A stretch of 64,000 bases of DNA from Thermoplasmata archaeon (GTDB lineage: Archaea > Thermoplasmatota > E2 > JACPAO01 > JAHFTW01): positions 96,001-160,000 of the forward strand of contig JAXDQS010000010.1 in the NCBI GenBank assembly GCA_034667725.1, given 5' to 3'. The notes below the pieces were generated by a model. The model saw only the letters and a program-made list of their open reading frames with translations, was not told the DNA's origin and searched no databases. A program made the translations under genes and the position numbers. Shown piece by piece: positions 1 through 10,015 of the stretch; position 1 is the stretch's first letter; every line of letters begins with the position of its first letter.

Positions 1-114
1 AAGAACATCGAGCACGCGGCGCGCGCCGGCACCATCGCGACCCCAGCCCAGCTCGACGAGGTCGACCGGCTCTGGGCCGCCACCAAGCCCCAGCTCCTGC
101 AACGGATCGGCTAA
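1..114 (+). CDS. Partial CDS (3' end only), possibly aldo/keto reductase C-terminus
   Basis: Frame 1 is open from the window edge to TAA at 112-114 (KNIEHAARAGT...LDEVDRLW...) with GC3-rich codons; product guess from weak resemblance only. Confidence 0.4.
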   Translation, partial: KNIEHAARAGTIATPAQLDEVDRLWAATKPQLLQRIG

Positions 115-1088
115 GGCGAGCCAGGCTCGGCGTCGCGGCCGCGCCGCTCCAGGATCAAGTCCAGGATCTTCTCCGGGTCGTCGAGCCGATGCAGCTCGGT
201 GCGCGACACCACGGGCATCCCCTCGATGGTGGTGCGGGTGGTGCGCTCGATCACGAAGAAGCCCGGCCGCTCCAGCACCCGGCTGACGCTGTGCACGACG
301 CGGGCACGGCGGCGCAGCGCCGGCGAGTCGGAGCCGATGCCGGTCAGGAACGTCTCGCCGCCCTCCTGGGAGATGGCGTTGAACGGGCTGCGCCGGGTGG
401 CGTGCACCTCGTAGCCGAGGGCCTGCAGCATCCGGGTCACCATCTCCTCCATCGGGTCGCCGCCCTGCGCCGGCTCGGGGGCGGGCGGGCTGAACGCGGC
501 CGGGTCGAAGGCGGCGAACGGCTCCAGCGGCCGGATGAGCTCGCTCTGGAGGAACGCCTCCAGCCGCATCGCGGCCTCGATGCTCGCGCTCATGCCCTCC
601 TCGTACATCTGGATGGCACGGCGCGACACGCCCGCCACCTGGGCGAGGCTGCCAAGGCTGAGTTGCGCCTCCTCGCGGGCACGCCGCAGCGCCTCGGCGT
701 CCAGGCGGACGTAGAAGCCGCCGGGGGCCGCGAACACCACGGGCGCGTCACCGTCAAGGAGGTAGCCGGCCAGCGTGCCGGGCGTCATGATGGGAAGGTC
801 ATGGCGGGCATAGACCACGCCGTCCTCCAACGGCCCGTTGCCGGCGCGGACGCCCACCAGAAGGGGCCGGGCCTCCAGGAACTTGCACAGGACCTTCATC
901 TCGTGGGCGATGGCGTCGGACAGGGCGTCGACGTTGGCCAGCGCCTTGACCACCAGCAGGTCGCGGTCGCGCCGCGCCACCAGGTCGAAGCTCACCGGCC
1001 GCAGGTCGCAGCGCTCGCTGACGGCGAAGCCGGCGCGGGCAAGCACGAGGCGCACTTGCTCGATGAGGTCGGTGCGGCCGGCGCCCAC
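111..1088 (-). CDS. Archaeal XRE-type HTH transcriptional regulator flanked by nuclease-like domains (COG1395-like)
   Basis: Central HTH (LRRAREEAQLSLGSLAQVAGVSRRAIQMYE), APGGFYV motif, N-terminal SFDLVARR..LLVVK; TATA-like CTTATAGA ~25 nt upstream. Confidence 0.85.
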   Translation of the reverse strand: MGAGRTDLIEQVRLVLARAGFAVSERCDLRPVSFDLVARRDRDLLVVKALANVDALSDAIAHEMKVLCKFLEARPLLVGVRAGNGPLEDGVVYARHDLPIMTPGTLAGYLLDGDAPVVFAAPGGFYVRLDAEALRRAREEAQLSLGSLAQVAGVSRRAIQMYEEGMSASIEAAMRLEAFLQSELIRPLEPFAAFDPAAFSPPAPEPAQGGDPMEEMVTRMLQALGYEVHATRRSPFNAISQEGGETFLTGIGSDSPALRRRARVVHSVSRVLERPGFFVIERTTRTTIEGMPVVSRTELHRLDDPEKILDLILERRGRDAEPGSP

Positions 1089-1226
1089 AAGGCGAACACT
1101 TGGTGAAACTTCTATAAGGACTTTGTTTGGAACCGGTTCTGTGTCAAATCGTGGCGCGGCCGCCTAGCCCTCTGTTCCACAATCGCGCGACGGTCCTTAA
1201 GTAGCCGGAGGAAGCCACACGCGGGT

Positions 1227-1541
1227 ATGCGGAAGACCCTCTCCCCGACGGCGCTGGCGGTCTGCCTGGCCCTGTTCACGGCGCTCTCCTGGGCCGCGGT
1301 CGCCGCGGAGGCGTACTTCTTCGGCGGCCTCTCGGTCTTGAGCCTCGCCCCGGCCGTGATGTTCACCACCTGCCTCGTGGTCCTGCCGTTCCTGGGCGGC
1401 ATCCGGGTCACCGCGCAAGGCCTCCAGCACGCCTTGATGTGCCAAGCCTGCGGCGCCGTCACGCTGCCCCACCCCCGCATCGCGTTCTGCCTCCGGTGCG
1501 GCGCCTACCCGAAGGCCAGCGCGACCCCTGCCCAGCGGTAG
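1227..1541 (+). CDS. Small membrane protein with C-terminal Zn-ribbon (CQAC...CLRC)
   Basis: Two hydrophobic helices plus two CxxC; TTAAG ~29 nt upstream. Confidence 0.6.
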   Translation: MRKTLSPTALAVCLALFTALSWAAVAAEAYFFGGLSVLSLAPAVMFTTCLVVLPFLGGIRVTAQGLQHALMCQACGAVTLPHPRIAFCLRCGAYPKASATPAQR

Positions 1542-1587
1542 GCCGCGAACAGAATCCCTTAGAAGGCGGAACGGCCGCCAGACCCTC

Positions 1588-1860
1588 GTGGGCACGAGCG
1601 GGACCGTCACGGGCACCCTGTTGGCCTTGACCCTGGCCACCGTCGGGCTGACGGCATGGGAAGCCGCCGAGCACGGCATGACGCCGCTGGCCTTCGTGCC
1701 GGCCGGCCTCCTGGTCGCCATCCTGCTTGCCTGGCCGTTCCTCAACGGCTGGCGCCCGTGGACGGCGCCGGGCCGGAGGTGGCTCAGCTGCGGCGGCTGC
1801 GGCACCCAGTGGCGGCCCGCGGACGAGGGCGGGCTGACGCGCTGCCCGGTCTGCACCTGA
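1588..1860 (+). CDS. Small membrane protein with C-terminal Zn-ribbon (CGGC...CPVC)
   Basis: Two hydrophobic helices plus two CxxC; GTG start. Confidence 0.55.
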   Translation: MGTSGTVTGTLLALTLATVGLTAWEAAEHGMTPLAFVPAGLLVAILLAWPFLNGWRPWTAPGRRWLSCGGCGTQWRPADEGGLTRCPVCT

Positions 1861-1861
1861 C

Positions 1862-2983
1862 CTAGCGCAGGATGCCCATCTCGGTGAGCTTCTCCGGCAG
1901 GTATGTGTCCGTCACGAAGTCCAAACCGTATTTGGCGAGCGCCTGCTGTTCCGACTTCTTCTGCATCTCGAGCTGGAGGTTGATCTCGCCGCGCCAATAG
2001 TCGTCGTTGAAGCGCGGGTCGTCCAGCTCCGCCTTCAGGGCATCGACGTCCTGGTCCGTCAGCTTGTCCGTCGGCAGGTCGTAGTTGATGATGTCCGACG
2101 GGGTGACGCCGAGGAACTGCGCCGTGGGGGTCGCGAGGTGCTCGGACAGGTGCGCGGTCTTGATGGCGCCGTAGGCGACGCTTGCGAAGATGCGGAACGA
2201 CCATGGGTCGCCATCGGTGAAGACGACGACCGGCTGGTTGGCCTCCTCGTTGAGGCGCTTGAGGAGGCGGCGGGTGCTGCGCGCGGGCTGGCCCTTGAGG
2301 TGGACCAGGGTGCAGTTGTACTTCGTGTCGAAGCCGTTCTCCACCAGGCGCGCGAACATGCCGCCCGTCTCGATGGCCACCACGAAGTCGGTCTTGACGT
2401 CCTTGAAGCTGAGGCGGTCGGGCTCGACGTTGTAGGGGATGTTGTAGCCGGCGTCGCCCACGTCGTCCTGGCAGTGCAGGCTGCGCCGGGTGCCGGAGCG
2501 GGTGGTCTCGACGACGCGCAGGTTGCCCATCATGGCGGCGCCGTTCTCCTCGGGGCGGAGCTTGAAGTCCTCGCGCATCGAGCCCGTCATGACCTCCAGG
2601 TCCTCGGCCAACAGGTCGGACTCGTCCTGGGAGTGGAACTTGGCGAGGTCCCAGCCTTCGCTGATGTAGTACATCTCACGCAGCGTGGACGACTTGTTCT
2701 CCCCGATCATCTGCTTGATGAAGTCGGTGAGGTACATCGTCCGCAGCAGCATGTAGGCGCCGTCGAGCGACTTGGCCGAGCGGGTCGTGAACTCGCTGCC
2801 GTACTTCCACACCGAGTGCTTCGGGTCGAAGACGATGTTGCCCTTGTTGCGGCTGCTGAGTTGCACCTCGGGGATGCTGGCGGCCTTGAGGTGCTTGTAG
2901 ATGGTCTCGGCGATGCCGTCCAGCGACTCGGTGGCGGTGGCCTCGCGCTGGGCCTTGGTGTCGCGCTTGCCTTTCTCGGCCAT
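1862..2983 (-). CDS. top6A: DNA topoisomerase VI subunit A
   Basis: STLREMYY catalytic Tyr, TOPRIM motifs IETGG and FTDGDP. Confidence 0.97.
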   Translation of the reverse strand: MAEKGKRDTKAQREATATESLDGIAETIYKHLKAASIPEVQLSSRNKGNIVFDPKHSVWKYGSEFTTRSAKSLDGAYMLLRTMYLTDFIKQMIGENKSSTLREMYYISEGWDLAKFHSQDESDLLAEDLEVMTGSMREDFKLRPEENGAAMMGNLRVVETTRSGTRRSLHCQDDVGDAGYNIPYNVEPDRLSFKDVKTDFVVAIETGGMFARLVENGFDTKYNCTLVHLKGQPARSTRRLLKRLNEEANQPVVVFTDGDPWSFRIFASVAYGAIKTAHLSEHLATPTAQFLGVTPSDIINYDLPTDKLTDQDVDALKAELDDPRFNDDYWRGEINLQLEMQKKSEQQALAKYGLDFVTDTYLPEKLTEMGILR

Positions 2984-3027
2984 TCAGGCGCCTCCTTGAA
3001 CCACGGACTGCACGGAGAAGGGAGCCA

Positions 3028-5112
3028 TCAGGCCTCCCCTCCATACCACGGGTCCGCGCCCACGACATGCACCTCGTTGATGCCTTCCACGTACACGTCG
3101 GCGTCGTCCATGGCGCCCTTGTCCACGCCGCCCACGTCGTAGGCGATGGCGGTCTTCTCGGTCGGCTTGAGGGCGGGGATTTCCCACATGACGTAGCGCT
3201 CCTTGACGGCCTTGGGCGCCGGGTCGGCCTTGACGAAGACGGCGCGGTCGGGCAGCACGAGGTAGAGGCGGAACTTCTTGCTGCCCATCATGTAGTTGGT
3301 GAGGGTCAGCTCGGCCTTTGCGAGGTAGGCCTGGCGCGGCTTCGCGGGTTCCTGCTGCACCACCACGACGGCGGCCTCCGCCGGCTCGGCGAACGCCTCC
3401 AGCGTGCCTTTCTTGCCCTTCTTCGCGGGCTCGGGGTCGGCTTCGGGGGGCGGCGCCAGGTCCTGCTGCGGCTTGGGCGGCTCGGCGGCGAGCGTCTGGC
3501 CTTCGAGCTTCTCGTAGGCGACCTTGGGGTCCTCGATCCAGACGACGTCCATGATCTTGCAGACGATGGGGGCCAGGTCGGCCTCGGGCTTGCCCAGCAC
3601 CGACGCGGCCTTCTTGTTGATCTCGGGGAGGATCTTGTTGACGAGGGTGAACTTCTCGGACACCTTGGCGCGCTTGGCCTTCTTGGAGAGGTGGCGGCCC
3701 AGCCCGCGGGCGGCCTCCTGCAAGGCCAGCTTGATCTCCTTGTGAATCTCCTCCAGCGGCGCCACGGCCTCCTTGGCCTCGGAGGTGAACGGGACCTTGG
3801 TGGAGGCGACGTGGACCAGCAGGATGGCGGGGCCGTTGGGCATCCCTTTGCCGCCGCGCTGCTCCAGGCCGTATCTCCGCCAGTCGACGTCCTGCACCGC
3901 GACCGTGGACGCGCAGCCGCCGCCTTGGTACAGCAGGGGGACGCGGTTGGCGAACCGGAGGATGCGCACGGCCTCCTGGGCCGGCAGGGTGCCGCCGTAG
4001 ACGATGCCGACCTCGACCTGGAACGGATGGCCGCCCCAGACCGACGGCGGGCGGGTCACGGTGGTGATGAACTCGGGGCTGACGTCCTCGGTCTCCTTCT
4101 TGAGGCCGCGCCGCACCAGCAGGTCGGTGATGGGGCTGAGGCAGTCGGTCGGCGGCGCCATGATCTTGACCTTGGGGAACGCCTCGTAGAGCCGGCGCGC
4201 CTCCTCGCGGGTGAGGTCCTTGGGGTCGAGGTTCTCCAGCTTGGCCTCCTGGAGGATCTTCTTGGCGGTGTCCGAGCCGACGCTCGAGAACTCCTCGATC
4301 AGGAAGGTGCTGACCTTGCGCTGCTTGGCGTCGGCGGCCATCTTGAGGATGGTGCCAAGCTCGGTGCCGTGCGGGTGCGGCTTGATCTCCTGGGTCTTGG
4401 GCGGGACCTCGTCGGTGACCCGGTCGAACACGGTCGTCTGGCCGTTCGGGTCGGTGAAGGTGAGGCGGGCGTGGGGGTTGACGATGGAGGTGGCGCGCAG
4501 GAACTCGAAGGCGGACTGGCGGCCGCCCTGGAACTTGGCCTTGATGTGGACCTCGATGCGAGTGCCGTGCGGCTTGGTCCAGGACTCGTCCTGCTCGGTG
4601 CTGTAGACGTCGGGCTCGTTCTTCTTGGTGTTGAGCCCCAGCTCCATTCGGACGGCGGGGTAGCCGACGCCGATCTTCGAGGTCACGATGGCGTGGTGGC
4701 CGGTGGTGAGCTGGCCGTACAGGACGACGGCGGAGATGCCGATGCCCTGCTGGCCGCGCGACTGGCGGATGGCGTGGAACCGCGAGCCGTAGAGCAGGCG
4801 GGCGAAGATGTTGGGAAGCTGCTTCTTGACGATGCCCGGCCCGTTGTCCTCGACCACGACCTTGAGCTCGTCGGGGTGGGTGCCCTTCTCGACCCGGATC
4901 TCGATGTCGGGCAGGATGCCCGCCTCCTCGCAGGCGTCGAGCGAGTTGTCGACGGCCTCCTTGATGGCGGTGATGAGCGCCTTGATAGGCGAGTCGAAGC
5001 CCAGGATCTGGCGGTTGCGCTCGAAGAACTCGGCGACCGAGATCTCCTTCTGGCCCGCCGCCAGCGTCTCCGCGATGGGCTGCTTGGGGGCCTTCGCTTT
5101 TGGCGTGGTCAT
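3028..5112 (-). CDS. top6B: DNA topoisomerase VI subunit B (with C-terminal extension)
   Basis: GHKL motifs [44 protein letters not shown]; start refined to ATG 5112 (MTTPKAK). Confidence 0.97.
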   Translation of the reverse strand: MTTPKAKAPKQPIAETLAAGQKEISVAEFFERNRQILGFDSPIKALITAIKEAVDNSLDACEEAGILPDIEIRVEKGTHPDELKVVVEDNGPGIVKKQLPNIFARLLYGSRFHAIRQSRGQQGIGISAVVLYGQLTTGHHAIVTSKIGVGYPAVRMELGLNTKKNEPDVYSTEQDESWTKPHGTRIEVHIKAKFQGGRQSAFEFLRATSIVNPHARLTFTDPNGQTTVFDRVTDEVPPKTQEIKPHPHGTELGTILKMAADAKQRKVSTFLIEEFSSVGSDTAKKILQEAKLENLDPKDLTREEARRLYEAFPKVKIMAPPTDCLSPITDLLVRRGLKKETEDVSPEFITTVTRPPSVWGGHPFQVEVGIVYGGTLPAQEAVRILRFANRVPLLYQGGGCASTVAVQDVDWRRYGLEQRGGKGMPNGPAILLVHVASTKVPFTSEAKEAVAPLEEIHKEIKLALQEAARGLGRHLSKKAKRAKVSEKFTLVNKILPEINKKAASVLGKPEADLAPIVCKIMDVVWIEDPKVAYEKLEGQTLAAEPPKPQQDLAPPPEADPEPAKKGKKGTLEAFAEPAEAAVVVVQQEPAKPRQAYLAKAELTLTNYMMGSKKFRLYLVLPDRAVFVKADPAPKAVKERYVMWEIPALKPTEKTAIAYDVGGVDKGAMDDADVYVEGINEVHVVGADPWYGGEA

Positions 5113-5234
5113 CGTGAAGGGCTCCGGTGGGGTGGCCTGGCCCGCGCTCAAGCTGAGGTGGCCTCCAGGTGCATCCGTTTCCCTGGAGCCCAGGTGGGGT
5201 TTTAGGGGGTTCGTTCCAGGTTGGTGAACCGGTT

Positions 5235-5819
5235 TCAGGCGCAGTGGGAGGCCGTGCCGGTCCCCGACGCGAGCGTGTGCCAGCCCGGCGTCGCCACCGT
5301 GCCGTTGTAGGCCGTGACGGTCGTGCATCGGCCGTCGACGACATGGACGACCACGGCCATGTGGGCGCTGCCTTGGCCCGCCTGCACCTCGACGGTGCCG
5401 TCCGCCGGGTCCGGATCGATGCTCCACGGGTCGTAGCGCAGCGTCTGGCACTTCGGCTTCCCCGACAGGTCGGCCTTGAGGTGGACGATGGCCGGCCCGG
5501 TCGCCGTCACCTGCAACAGCGTGCCCCGGTTGACGGTGAGCAGGCGCCAGGTCGCGTTGACCGCGGTGGCGGCGCCGGCCGCCCAGTCCTGGGGCGCCAT
5601 GCAGCGGTCCAGGTGGGGCAGCGGCACGCCGACGTCGAGCGGGCCGTCCACCGTCACCAGGAAGATGCCCTCGGCCCCGTCGTCGTCCGAGGACGTCGCC
5701 GTGCTGGTGCCTGTGGCGGTGCCGCGGCCCGTGCCGGGGGCCGTGCTGCTGGACGGGCCGTCGCCCGAGCAGCCGGCAAGCAGGAGGGCGGCGACGGCTA
5801 GCATGGCAAGGAGGCGCAT
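5235..5819 (-). CDS. Hypothetical lipoprotein
   Basis: Signal peptide with LLLAGC lipobox, Ser/Thr linker, beta-rich domain. Confidence 0.7.
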   Translation of the reverse strand: MRLLAMLAVAALLLAGCSGDGPSSSTAPGTGRGTATGTSTATSSDDDGAEGIFLVTVDGPLDVGVPLPHLDRCMAPQDWAAGAATAVNATWRLLTVNRGTLLQVTATGPAIVHLKADLSGKPKCQTLRYDPWSIDPDPADGTVEVQAGQGSAHMAVVVHVVDGRCTTVTAYNGTVATPGWHTLASGTGTASHCA

Positions 5820-5856
5820 GGCGGCGGCACCGCGCACCCTGCCGTGAGGGTTGCGC

Positions 5857-6354
5857 CTACGTTCGGCGCCGGACGTTCACGACTTTCTCGACCGTGGCGT
5901 GGACGGTGCCGTCGGCGGCCACGAGGTCCACCGCGTAGCTCCGGTCCAGTTTCGGCGTCGTTTCCAGGAGACGGCGCACCTCGGCCACTTCGGCGTCCGG
6001 CAGCCGGCACACCGCGGTCAGCGTGGACTTGCCGGGCTTGCGGAACCGGATGCTGGCCGACTTGTCCCACACCAGGTAATCGGGCCCGAGCCGGTGCATC
6101 AGCATGAACATGAAATGCGGATCGACGGCCGCGTAGAGCGAGCCCCCGAAGATGGTGCCGACGTAGTTGCGGGTGCGGCGCGACAGCGGGATGCGCACCT
6201 CCACCTCGGACCAGTCGGGCGCGATGCGCACCACCTTGCCGCCGGTGCCGCGGAAGCACGGCCAGCGGTTCAGGAGGTGGCGGAACTGGTTGGGCTTGCG
6301 GTGCGCCCAGCGGTGCAGCCGGCCGGTGGCGATGCCGCCGTGCTCGGAGGCCAT
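5857..6354 (-). CDS. Hotdog-fold/PaaI-like thioesterase family protein (DUF4442-like)
   Basis: TRNYVGTIFGGSLYAAVDP, VWDKSASIRFRKPG. Confidence 0.85.
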   Translation of the reverse strand: MASEHGGIATGRLHRWAHRKPNQFRHLLNRWPCFRGTGGKVVRIAPDWSEVEVRIPLSRRTRNYVGTIFGGSLYAAVDPHFMFMLMHRLGPDYLVWDKSASIRFRKPGKSTLTAVCRLPDAEVAEVRRLLETTPKLDRSYAVDLVAADGTVHATVEKVVNVRRRT

Positions 6355-6363
6355 GCCGGGGGC

Positions 6364-6744
6364 TTAGGCCATGGCCTGCTTGGCGCTTGCCATGCCCGCC
6401 GCGATGGAGATGATGCCGAGGGCGAGGTGCAGGAGGTTGTCGCCCAGCGCGACGTGCCAGGAGCCGATGGTGTCCATGAAGAACCCGACGACGCCGACCA
6501 GGACGTAGACCGCGCCGTAGGCGATGGTGATGCGGCCCAGCAGCAGGTCGTCCTTGACGCCGAAGGCGAGGCCGAGGGTCAGCACGGCGAGGACCCAGTG
6601 CAGCAGCATCTCGCCGCCTTCGATGTGGAACATCATCGGGTGGAGCGTCTTGTAGAAGTCCGTCATGCCGAGGATGGCGGTCAGGACCAAGACGACGCCG
6701 AGCAGGGTCATCCACATGCGGGCGGGCGAGCGGGACATGGCCAT
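6364..6744 (-). CDS. Small 4-TM membrane protein (DUF4383-like)
   Basis: Four hydrophobic helices, DNLLHLALG motif. Confidence 0.7.
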   Translation of the reverse strand: MAMSRSPARMWMTLLGVVLVLTAILGMTDFYKTLHPMMFHIEGGEMLLHWVLAVLTLGLAFGVKDDLLLGRITIAYGAVYVLVGVVGFFMDTIGSWHVALGDNLLHLALGIISIAAGMASAKQAMA

Positions 6745-6800
6745 GGGGTTCCCGATCGTTCACAATCATAAGAAAGCGAGATGATTTTCGGAAGGGGCGA

Positions 6801-8201
6801 TCACAGCGGCCCAGGGACCGGCCCCGTGTAGCGGTAGGCGTACAGGCCGGTGCCGCGCTCCGTCACCCACAAGAGCCCGTCGTGCCAGCGTGCCTGGTAG
6901 GCGTTGGGCAGGAAGCCGTCCGGGTCGAAGTTGGGCTTCTTCCACCAGATGGGGCCGGGGTAGCCCGCGGTCGCGTCGCCGTTGGGGAAGGCGTAGCCCA
7001 GCGCCTTGGGGGCCGCCGGGTCGGTGCCGTCCAGGATCCACACGCCGGCGTGGTAGTGCGCCACCGCCACCAGCCCGGTCGCCATGTCCGGCGCCACCGT
7101 GTGCGGGCTCAGGAGGAACTGCCCCTCGATCGAAAGGTTGCCTGGCAGCGTCCACGTCCCCAGCTGACGCAACGCCGCCGGGTCCGACGCGTCGTAGCTC
7201 CGGACCGCCCCCGTCCCGGTGGCCAGGCTCCCGATCTCCGGCGCGCTCCACGCGATGGTGCGCCCGTCGCGCCGCGCCCGCTCCTCCTGGATCGTCCAAT
7301 GGATGGCCAGCGCGTCGCTCGGCTGCTGCTCCTTGTTCACGCCCAACGGGACCAGCGCCGACGGGGTGCTGGCGTCGAACGTGACGACCCCGCCGTCCCA
7401 GTGGCTGACGTAGCCGATGCGCCGGCCGTCCGGATGCTGCTGCACGAGCACGTCGTGGGGGAAGCTGCGGCCGTCGTCGAGGAGGGCGGGATGGCGGAAC
7501 TCGCCCACGGGAACCAGCGCGGCGCCGACGGGGGACTCCACCAGGCGCGCGACCCCGACCTTGTTGCCGCCGGGCGTGTTGTCGGAATCGAGCGGCTGGC
7601 CGACGTAGAACAGGTAGAGGCCGTCCGGGTACGCCACCAGGTCCATGTTGTGCGTGCCCAGGAGCTCGACCGGGAACACCGACGACAGCTTCGGGGCGGC
7701 CAGGTCTGCCAGGTCCACGACGTGGATGCACGCGCTGCACGCCGCCACCGGATCGGCGGGGACCGCCGCGCCAGGAATCTCCTGCACGTTCTGGAACGCC
7801 CAGCGGCCGTCAGGCGACACCCGCACCTCCTGGAAGCCGGAGCCCGGCGCGCGGTAGTCGCCCAGCACCTGGATGCCGGCCGGGTCGGTGATGTCCGCCA
7901 CCGTGAAGCCACCCTCCGCGTCGCCGTCCACCGCCACGAACGCCAAAGTCCGATTGCCTTGCTGATGCAGCACGAAGTTGGCGAAGCCGTTCTCGCCCAG
8001 CACGACGCCCAGGCTCGACCACGCCACCTGCTCCAGGTTGTAGGCGCCACGATGCAGCGACGAGTCCGTGTGGTCGTGGTCCATCTCGATGGGCGTGCCG
8101 ATGCCGGCGTCCACGGGGTCCGGCGGGGGCGTGGGCGGGCTGGACGGGGCCATGCAGCCGGCGACGGCAAGCAGCAGCAGGACGGCCAAGGCGGCGCGCA
8201 C
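6801..8201 (-). CDS. LVIVD-repeat beta-propeller lipoprotein
   Basis: VAGC lipobox, repeated V.D.TDP..P..LG motifs, conserved His (GTHN, FPHD, SPH); start could be 8240. Confidence 0.75.
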   Translation of the reverse strand: MRAALAVLLLLAVAGCMAPSSPPTPPPDPVDAGIGTPIEMDHDHTDSSLHRGAYNLEQVAWSSLGVVLGENGFANFVLHQQGNRTLAFVAVDGDAEGGFTVADITDPAGIQVLGDYRAPGSGFQEVRVSPDGRWAFQNVQEIPGAAVPADPVAACSACIHVVDLADLAAPKLSSVFPVELLGTHNMDLVAYPDGLYLFYVGQPLDSDNTPGGNKVGVARLVESPVGAALVPVGEFRHPALLDDGRSFPHDVLVQQHPDGRRIGYVSHWDGGVVTFDASTPSALVPLGVNKEQQPSDALAIHWTIQEERARRDGRTIAWSAPEIGSLATGTGAVRSYDASDPAALRQLGTWTLPGNLSIEGQFLLSPHTVAPDMATGLVAVAHYHAGVWILDGTDPAAPKALGYAFPNGDATAGYPGPIWWKKPNFDPDGFLPNAYQARWHDGLLWVTERGTGLYAYRYTGPVPGPL

Positions 8202-8264
8202 GATGGGACGACCCGCGCCGCGCGTCTTGATGGTTTTCATATCCCGGCACAGGGTCCGCGCCGC

Positions 8265-8504
8265 GTGGAGAAGGCCCACTGCCCCCGCTGCGCCGGCTAC
8301 GAGGACCGCGTCATGCGGCGCGCTCCCGGCGAGGAGCTGCCGGCGTCGGCCAAGCCCTGCCCCGACTACGCCATGTCCGACCGCTTCCGCGACTGGGCCG
8401 TCGGCCAGATGCAGAAGGAGGTCATGGGCGAGGTCACCAAGTCCGGCCTCAACCGCATGGCCATCCTGAAGTCCCCCGAAACCGAGCCTAAGCCAGAAGC
8501 CTGA
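8265..8504 (+). CDS. Small hypothetical protein (79 aa, CPRC motif)
   Basis: GTG start ~25 nt after an AT-rich patch (TTTTCATAT); host-like codon usage. Confidence 0.5.
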   Translation: MEKAHCPRCAGYEDRVMRRAPGEELPASAKPCPDYAMSDRFRDWAVGQMQKEVMGEVTKSGLNRMAILKSPETEPKPEA

Positions 8505-9309
8505 TCGCCAGGAACAGCAGGCCCGCGCCCACCAAGGCGCCGATGCTGAACTTCAGCAGGCTGCGCGTGTCCGCGTTGTCGCGCGCGAACTCCTCCACCC
8601 GCTCGCCCAACGTCGGCCGCCGCGCCACCAGCACCGCCTCGTGCTCGACCGCGGCCTCGTCCAGGGCGCCCTCGATCGGCACCGGGGCGCGGCCCAGCAC
8701 CGCCGAGGTGAGCGGCGTCGGCGCGGCGTCGGCCACCGGCTCGACCTCCGGGGCCGCCGGCTGGAGCCAGGAGAACCGGGGCGCAGCCGCCGCGGGGGCC
8801 GGGGCCGGGTTGCGCCACAGGCTGACCGGCTCGGCGACAGGCTCCGGAACCGGGGGGTCCACGTCCGGGCGCGCGCGGCCCGACGCCGGCCACGGATGCG
8901 CCTCCAGGTCGCGCGCCGCCGAATCGGCGCCAAGGGTGGGGCCGCCGACGTTGGGGATCGGGTTCGGCTCCACCAGCGCCACGTCGTCCACCACGACGAC
9001 GCCGAACTGCGCGGCCATGCGGCGCAATTCCGGCTGCAGCTCCGGCGCCGCGATGACCGGCGTCGCGCCGATGTCGCGGGCCAGCTTGCGGACCCGGCCC
9101 AGCTCGGGGCCGTCCACGCCGGCGGCGTCGCCGAAGGAGACCAGGAGGGCGCCGAGCGGGCCGGTGGCCACCATGTCCACGGCGTACACGTTCTCGGAGG
9201 CGCCGCGCACCCGGGCGTTCTCGCGCACCTGGTAGCCCTTGCCCCGGTAGAAGTCCGCGACACGGGAGCGGAACGGCGCGGTCTCGCCCGGCAGGGGCTG
9301 CAGCAGCAT
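8488..9309 (-). CDS. Mrr/PD-(D/E)XK-like domain protein with Pro-rich linker and C-terminal TM anchor
   Basis: FRSRVADFYRGKGYQVRENARVRGAS...VDMVA pattern; C-terminal hydrophobic helix; TTTAT box upstream of ATG 9309. Confidence 0.65.
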   Translation of the reverse strand: MLLQPLPGETAPFRSRVADFYRGKGYQVRENARVRGASENVYAVDMVATGPLGALLVSFGDAAGVDGPELGRVRKLARDIGATPVIAAPELQPELRRMAAQFGVVVVDDVALVEPNPIPNVGGPTLGADSAARDLEAHPWPASGRARPDVDPPVPEPVAEPVSLWRNPAPAPAAAAPRFSWLQPAAPEVEPVADAAPTPLTSAVLGRAPVPIEGALDEAAVEHEAVLVARRPTLGERVEEFARDNADTRSLLKFSIGALVGAGLLFLAIRLLA

Positions 9310-9502
9310 ACGCCGCGACCACGCCTGGGACGGGATAAACGGGTTTCGAGTTGAACTGGACCCCACGCTTGCCTTCAAATAGGTGGGCTCTGTCGCGAGG
9401 CTTGCCCTTCCCCTTGTCCTCCCGTCGCCGGCTCCGCGTGGACCGGACGCCGGGCCACCCGCTCCCGGGAATCGGCGTCGGAGCGGGCCACTGGTGAAAC
9501 CC

Positions 9503-9793
9503 ATGAAGATGCCCCGCACCGTCAAGCGGTACTGCGACCACAAGTGCCAGTCGCACACCGACCACGACGTCGAACGTGTCAAGAAGCGCCGCGCCAGCGA
9601 ACTGTCCTGGGGCCAGCGGCGGTTCCGCAAGGTGACCTCCGGCTACACCGGCTTCCCCCGTCCGAAGCCGGAGGGCCGCGAGAAGCCGACGAAGCGCGTG
9701 TTCCTGCGCTACGTCTGCAAGAAGTGCGGCAAGGCGCACCAGCCCAACGCCATCCGCGCCAAGAAGTTCGAGCTCATCGAGGTGAAGGCCTGA
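9503..9793 (+). CDS. rpl44e: 50S ribosomal protein L44e (eL42)
   Basis: MKMPRTVKRYC...QRRFRKVTSGYTGFPRP..KPTKR..LRYVCKKCGKAH; GGTGA SD. Confidence 0.97.
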   Translation: MKMPRTVKRYCDHKCQSHTDHDVERVKKRRASELSWGQRRFRKVTSGYTGFPRPKPEGREKPTKRVFLRYVCKKCGKAHQPNAIRAKKFELIEVKA

Positions 9794-9969
9794 TGGTCGC
9801 AACCCGCGCGCAGTTCGTGAAGGTCAAGTGCGGCGACTGCGGCAACGAGCAGGTCGCCTTCAACCGTCCCGCCACCAAGGTCAACTGCCTGGTGTGCGGC
9901 GCCACTTTGGCGCACCCGACGGGCGGCTTCGCGAACTTCAAGGCGGAGATCGTCTCCGTCCTCGAGTAG
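9793..9969 (+). CDS. rps27e: 30S ribosomal protein S27e
   Basis: FVKVKCGDCGNEQ...CLVCGATLAHPTGG; TGATG overlap with rpl44e. Confidence 0.96.
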   Translation: MVATRAQFVKVKCGDCGNEQVAFNRPATKVNCLVCGATLAHPTGGFANFKAEIVSVLE

Positions 9970-9977
9970 GCCACGGC

Positions 9978-10014
9978 CTGCTTCCCTCCTCCTTTCCTCT
10001 CCTTTCGTTTCTAC
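9978..10014 (+). terminator. Pyrimidine-rich tract after rps27e (putative archaeal terminator)
   Basis: CTTCCCTCCTCCTTTCCTCTCCTTTCGTTT between convergent genes. Confidence 0.4.
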
Positions 10015-10015
10015 T

